Below are positions 61,296-64,000 of a stretch of DNA of 64,000 bases, in pieces. The position numbers were made by a program, and so were the translations under genes. Numbering within the stretch: position 1 is the stretch's first letter; each line of letters begins with the position of its first letter. The notes under the pieces are model-generated. The model saw only the letters and a list, made by a program, of their open reading frames with translations. It did not search any database and was not told the origin of the DNA. Source of the stretch: Tubulanus polymorphus (taxonomy: Eukaryota > Animalia > Nemertea). The stretch is taken from the NCBI RefSeq assembly GCF_964204645.1, contig NC_134027.1:682001-746000 (forward strand). Direction: 5' to 3'.

Positions 61296-64000
61296 GTGCC
61301 TTGAACGCATGAGTCGTTCATGCGCGCCTAATATGCCTTCACTGAAAGAAAATCAACTATAACATGTACCACATATTTTTTGATTTAATTTTAGTCCAAT
61401 TCCACAATTATTTCGGCTTTCAATAGTGTCTTCAATTCTTTAAAGCCCAAAGCACCTTTTTGACTCAACATCCAGTATGAAGGTGGTCGGGAATTGGGCC
61501 TGTTTTCTTCGATTTTTGTATCCCGCCCAGCATACTGGTTGTTGACTCGAAAAGGTGCTCGCTCTGGGAGCTTATCAAAGGCAGGTGATGGGAAAGGTGC
61601 CATCACACACTCTCCTTTGATAAGTTTCCTAGAGTGTCACGGGCTTTAACGGATTGAATTCACTATAATACCAATTTTCCAAAATCAATTTAATTTCTTT
61701 CAGGCCATTCTTTTTCCATGTTTTTCTGGTACATGTTATGGTTGATTTCCATTTTCGAAAATCCGGAATTGAAGCCGTTCGAAGTCGGGGGGATGGTGGT
61801 GGGGTTGGGTTAGTTTAGGGTTCCTCTCTGATTACCTTCTTTAGCTCATCATCCGTGCAGGTGGCGCTTGCTCTTCTAGCCGGTGTTCCCTGGGGTAAAC
61901 ATTTTAAATTAGAAAAATAAAAAATTTAAGAAAAAATAATAAAATCTTTAAAAATCTCATCTCATTTCATCCAATTTATTTATTTGCGGGTGCGATCCCT
62001 ATCGCACCCATTCATGTCATTCATCCAAAAAAAATTAAAAACTAAAAAAGAAAAAAAAATATAAAAATTTAAAAAATCTCATCTCATTTCATCCAATTTA
62101 TTTATTTGCGGGTGCGATCCCTATCGCACCCATTCATGTCATTCATCCAAAAAAAATTAAAAACTAAAAAAGAAAAAAAAATATAAAAATTTAAAAAATC
62201 TCATCTCATTTCATCCAATTTATTTATTTGCGGGTGCGATTCCTATCGCACCCATTCATGTCATTCATCCAAAAAAAATTAAAAAATTAAAAACAAAATA
62301 GAAAATTATAAAATCTTAAAAAATCTCATCTCATTTCATCCAATTTATTTGCGGGTGCGATTCCTATCGCACCCATTCATGTCATTCATCCAAAAAAAAT
62401 TAAAAACTAAAAAGGAAAAAAAAATATAAAAATTTAAAAAATGTCATCTCATTTCATCCAATTTATTTGCGGGTGCGATTCCTATCGCACCCATTCATGT
62501 CATTCATCCAAAAAAAATTTAAAAATTAAAAACAAAATAGAAAATTATAAAATCTTAAAAAATCTCATCTCATTTCATCCAATTTATTTGCGGGTGCGAT
62601 TCCTATCGCACCCATTCATGTCATTCATCCAAAAAAAATTTAAAAACTAGAAATTAAAGTTCTAAGTTTGTTGTTAGATTCTATTCAAAGAACGTTGTAA
62701 AGTTCTTAATTTGTCGTAAAAAACGTTTGAAAAAAAGAACTTCTTAAAGTTCTCAATCTGCCGTAAAATGCAATTGAAAAGATTATAACTCACATGAAAA
62801 TTAAAACGATAAAATAATTGATAAATAATCATTAATAAAAATTGAACTTTGGTCTCGCAATGTTTCCCCGTTATGCATTTTTTACTCGTCGTCAAACATC
62901 GGCAGCTCATCGTCGATACTCGCAGCTCGATACACAACAGCAGTTCGTCGTCGATACACACCAGCAGTTCGATACACGCCAGCAGCTCGATACACACCAG
63001 CAGCTCGTCGTCGATACACACCAGCAGTTCGTCGTCGATACACACCAGCAGTTCGTCGTCGATACAGACCAGCAGTTCGTCGTCGATACACACCAGCAGT
63101 TCGTTGTCGATACAAACCAGCAGTTCGATACTCACCAACAGCTCGATACACGCCAGCAGTTCGTCGTCGATACACACCAGCAGTTCGTCGTCGATACACA
63201 CCAGCAGTTCGTCGTCGATACACACCAGCAGTTAGTCATCGATACACACCAGCAGCTCGATACACACCAGCAGTTCGTCGTCGATACACACCAGCAGCTC
63301 GATACACACCAGCAGTTCGTCGACACTCACCAGCAGCTCGTCGTCGATACACACCAGCAGTTCGTTGTCGATACACACCAGCAGTTCGATACTCACCAGC
63401 AGCTCGATACACACCAGCAGCTCGTCGATACTCACCAGCAGCTCGATACTCACCAGCAGCTCGTCGTCGATACACACCAGCAGCTCGATACACACCAGCA
63501 GCTTGATACCAAAACAGCTTTTAGCTGGTGAAAACCTACCCCCCCATCGGGGTTAAACATGATCAAGCTATTATTCTAGGAATATAACTGTTGCAAGGGA
63601 AGTTAAGATTCATTAACCTAAACTTGATACAAAGAGATTATTGCTAATTATGAATTTCAAGGGTTTAAAAACTGATTTAAAAATCTTGAAAGACGCTCGG
63701 TCTCACTAGAGATTTTCATCTTAAAGATTTATTGTCCTCTTACTATTGTTTAGGTGATCTATAATTTGGTAAATGCTGCTGTTGGAAAGATGCCAGAAGA
63801 AAGTTGATTCATGCACATCTTCACTTCACGTATTTATTGCACAAGGCGCCGACTTGCACCTGCACTACACCATTCACACTTCATCACTTCTGCATCTTTA
63901 TCAATTAATTCTGGCATCTATTTGAAAATTACTTTAAACATCAGATCTCAAACTGAAACATTGAGGTATTGAATTTCAAACTGAAATATCGAGCTATCGA

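Larger units (their letters stand above)
46740..64000 (+). repeat. Large segmental/tandem duplication, copy B (runs off the window end)
   Basis: Near-identical to 1-17821. Confidence 0.97.

Overview
AT-rich eukaryotic nuclear DNA, animal-like (GT-AG introns, MITEs, CTCF/YY1/NF-Y-like motifs). It is probably a bilaterian invertebrate, but the taxon cannot be fixed from sequence alone. Positions 1-17,821 recur almost identically at 46,740-64,000, giving a repeat unit of about 46-47 kb if tandem. Reading splice sites by eye gives a 9-coding-exon gene that the ORF track largely misses (318-15,136 and 47,057-61,295). It encodes an unrecognised 340/343-aa, mostly disordered, basic protein with polyQ, NLS-like stretches and LRSG/TRS motifs. 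The two copies are about 99% identical by eye, yet exon 1 differs at 13 of 66 nt. Intron 6 holds a decayed DIRS-type retroelement and a Penelope-like 3' end. The middle (19-36 kb) holds two arrays of amplified non-coding exon-intron cassettes, a 600-bp long inverted repeat and a duplicated promoter-like block. About 14 unrelated tandem-repeat families occur per unit. Most ORFs in the supplied track are by-products of these repeats.
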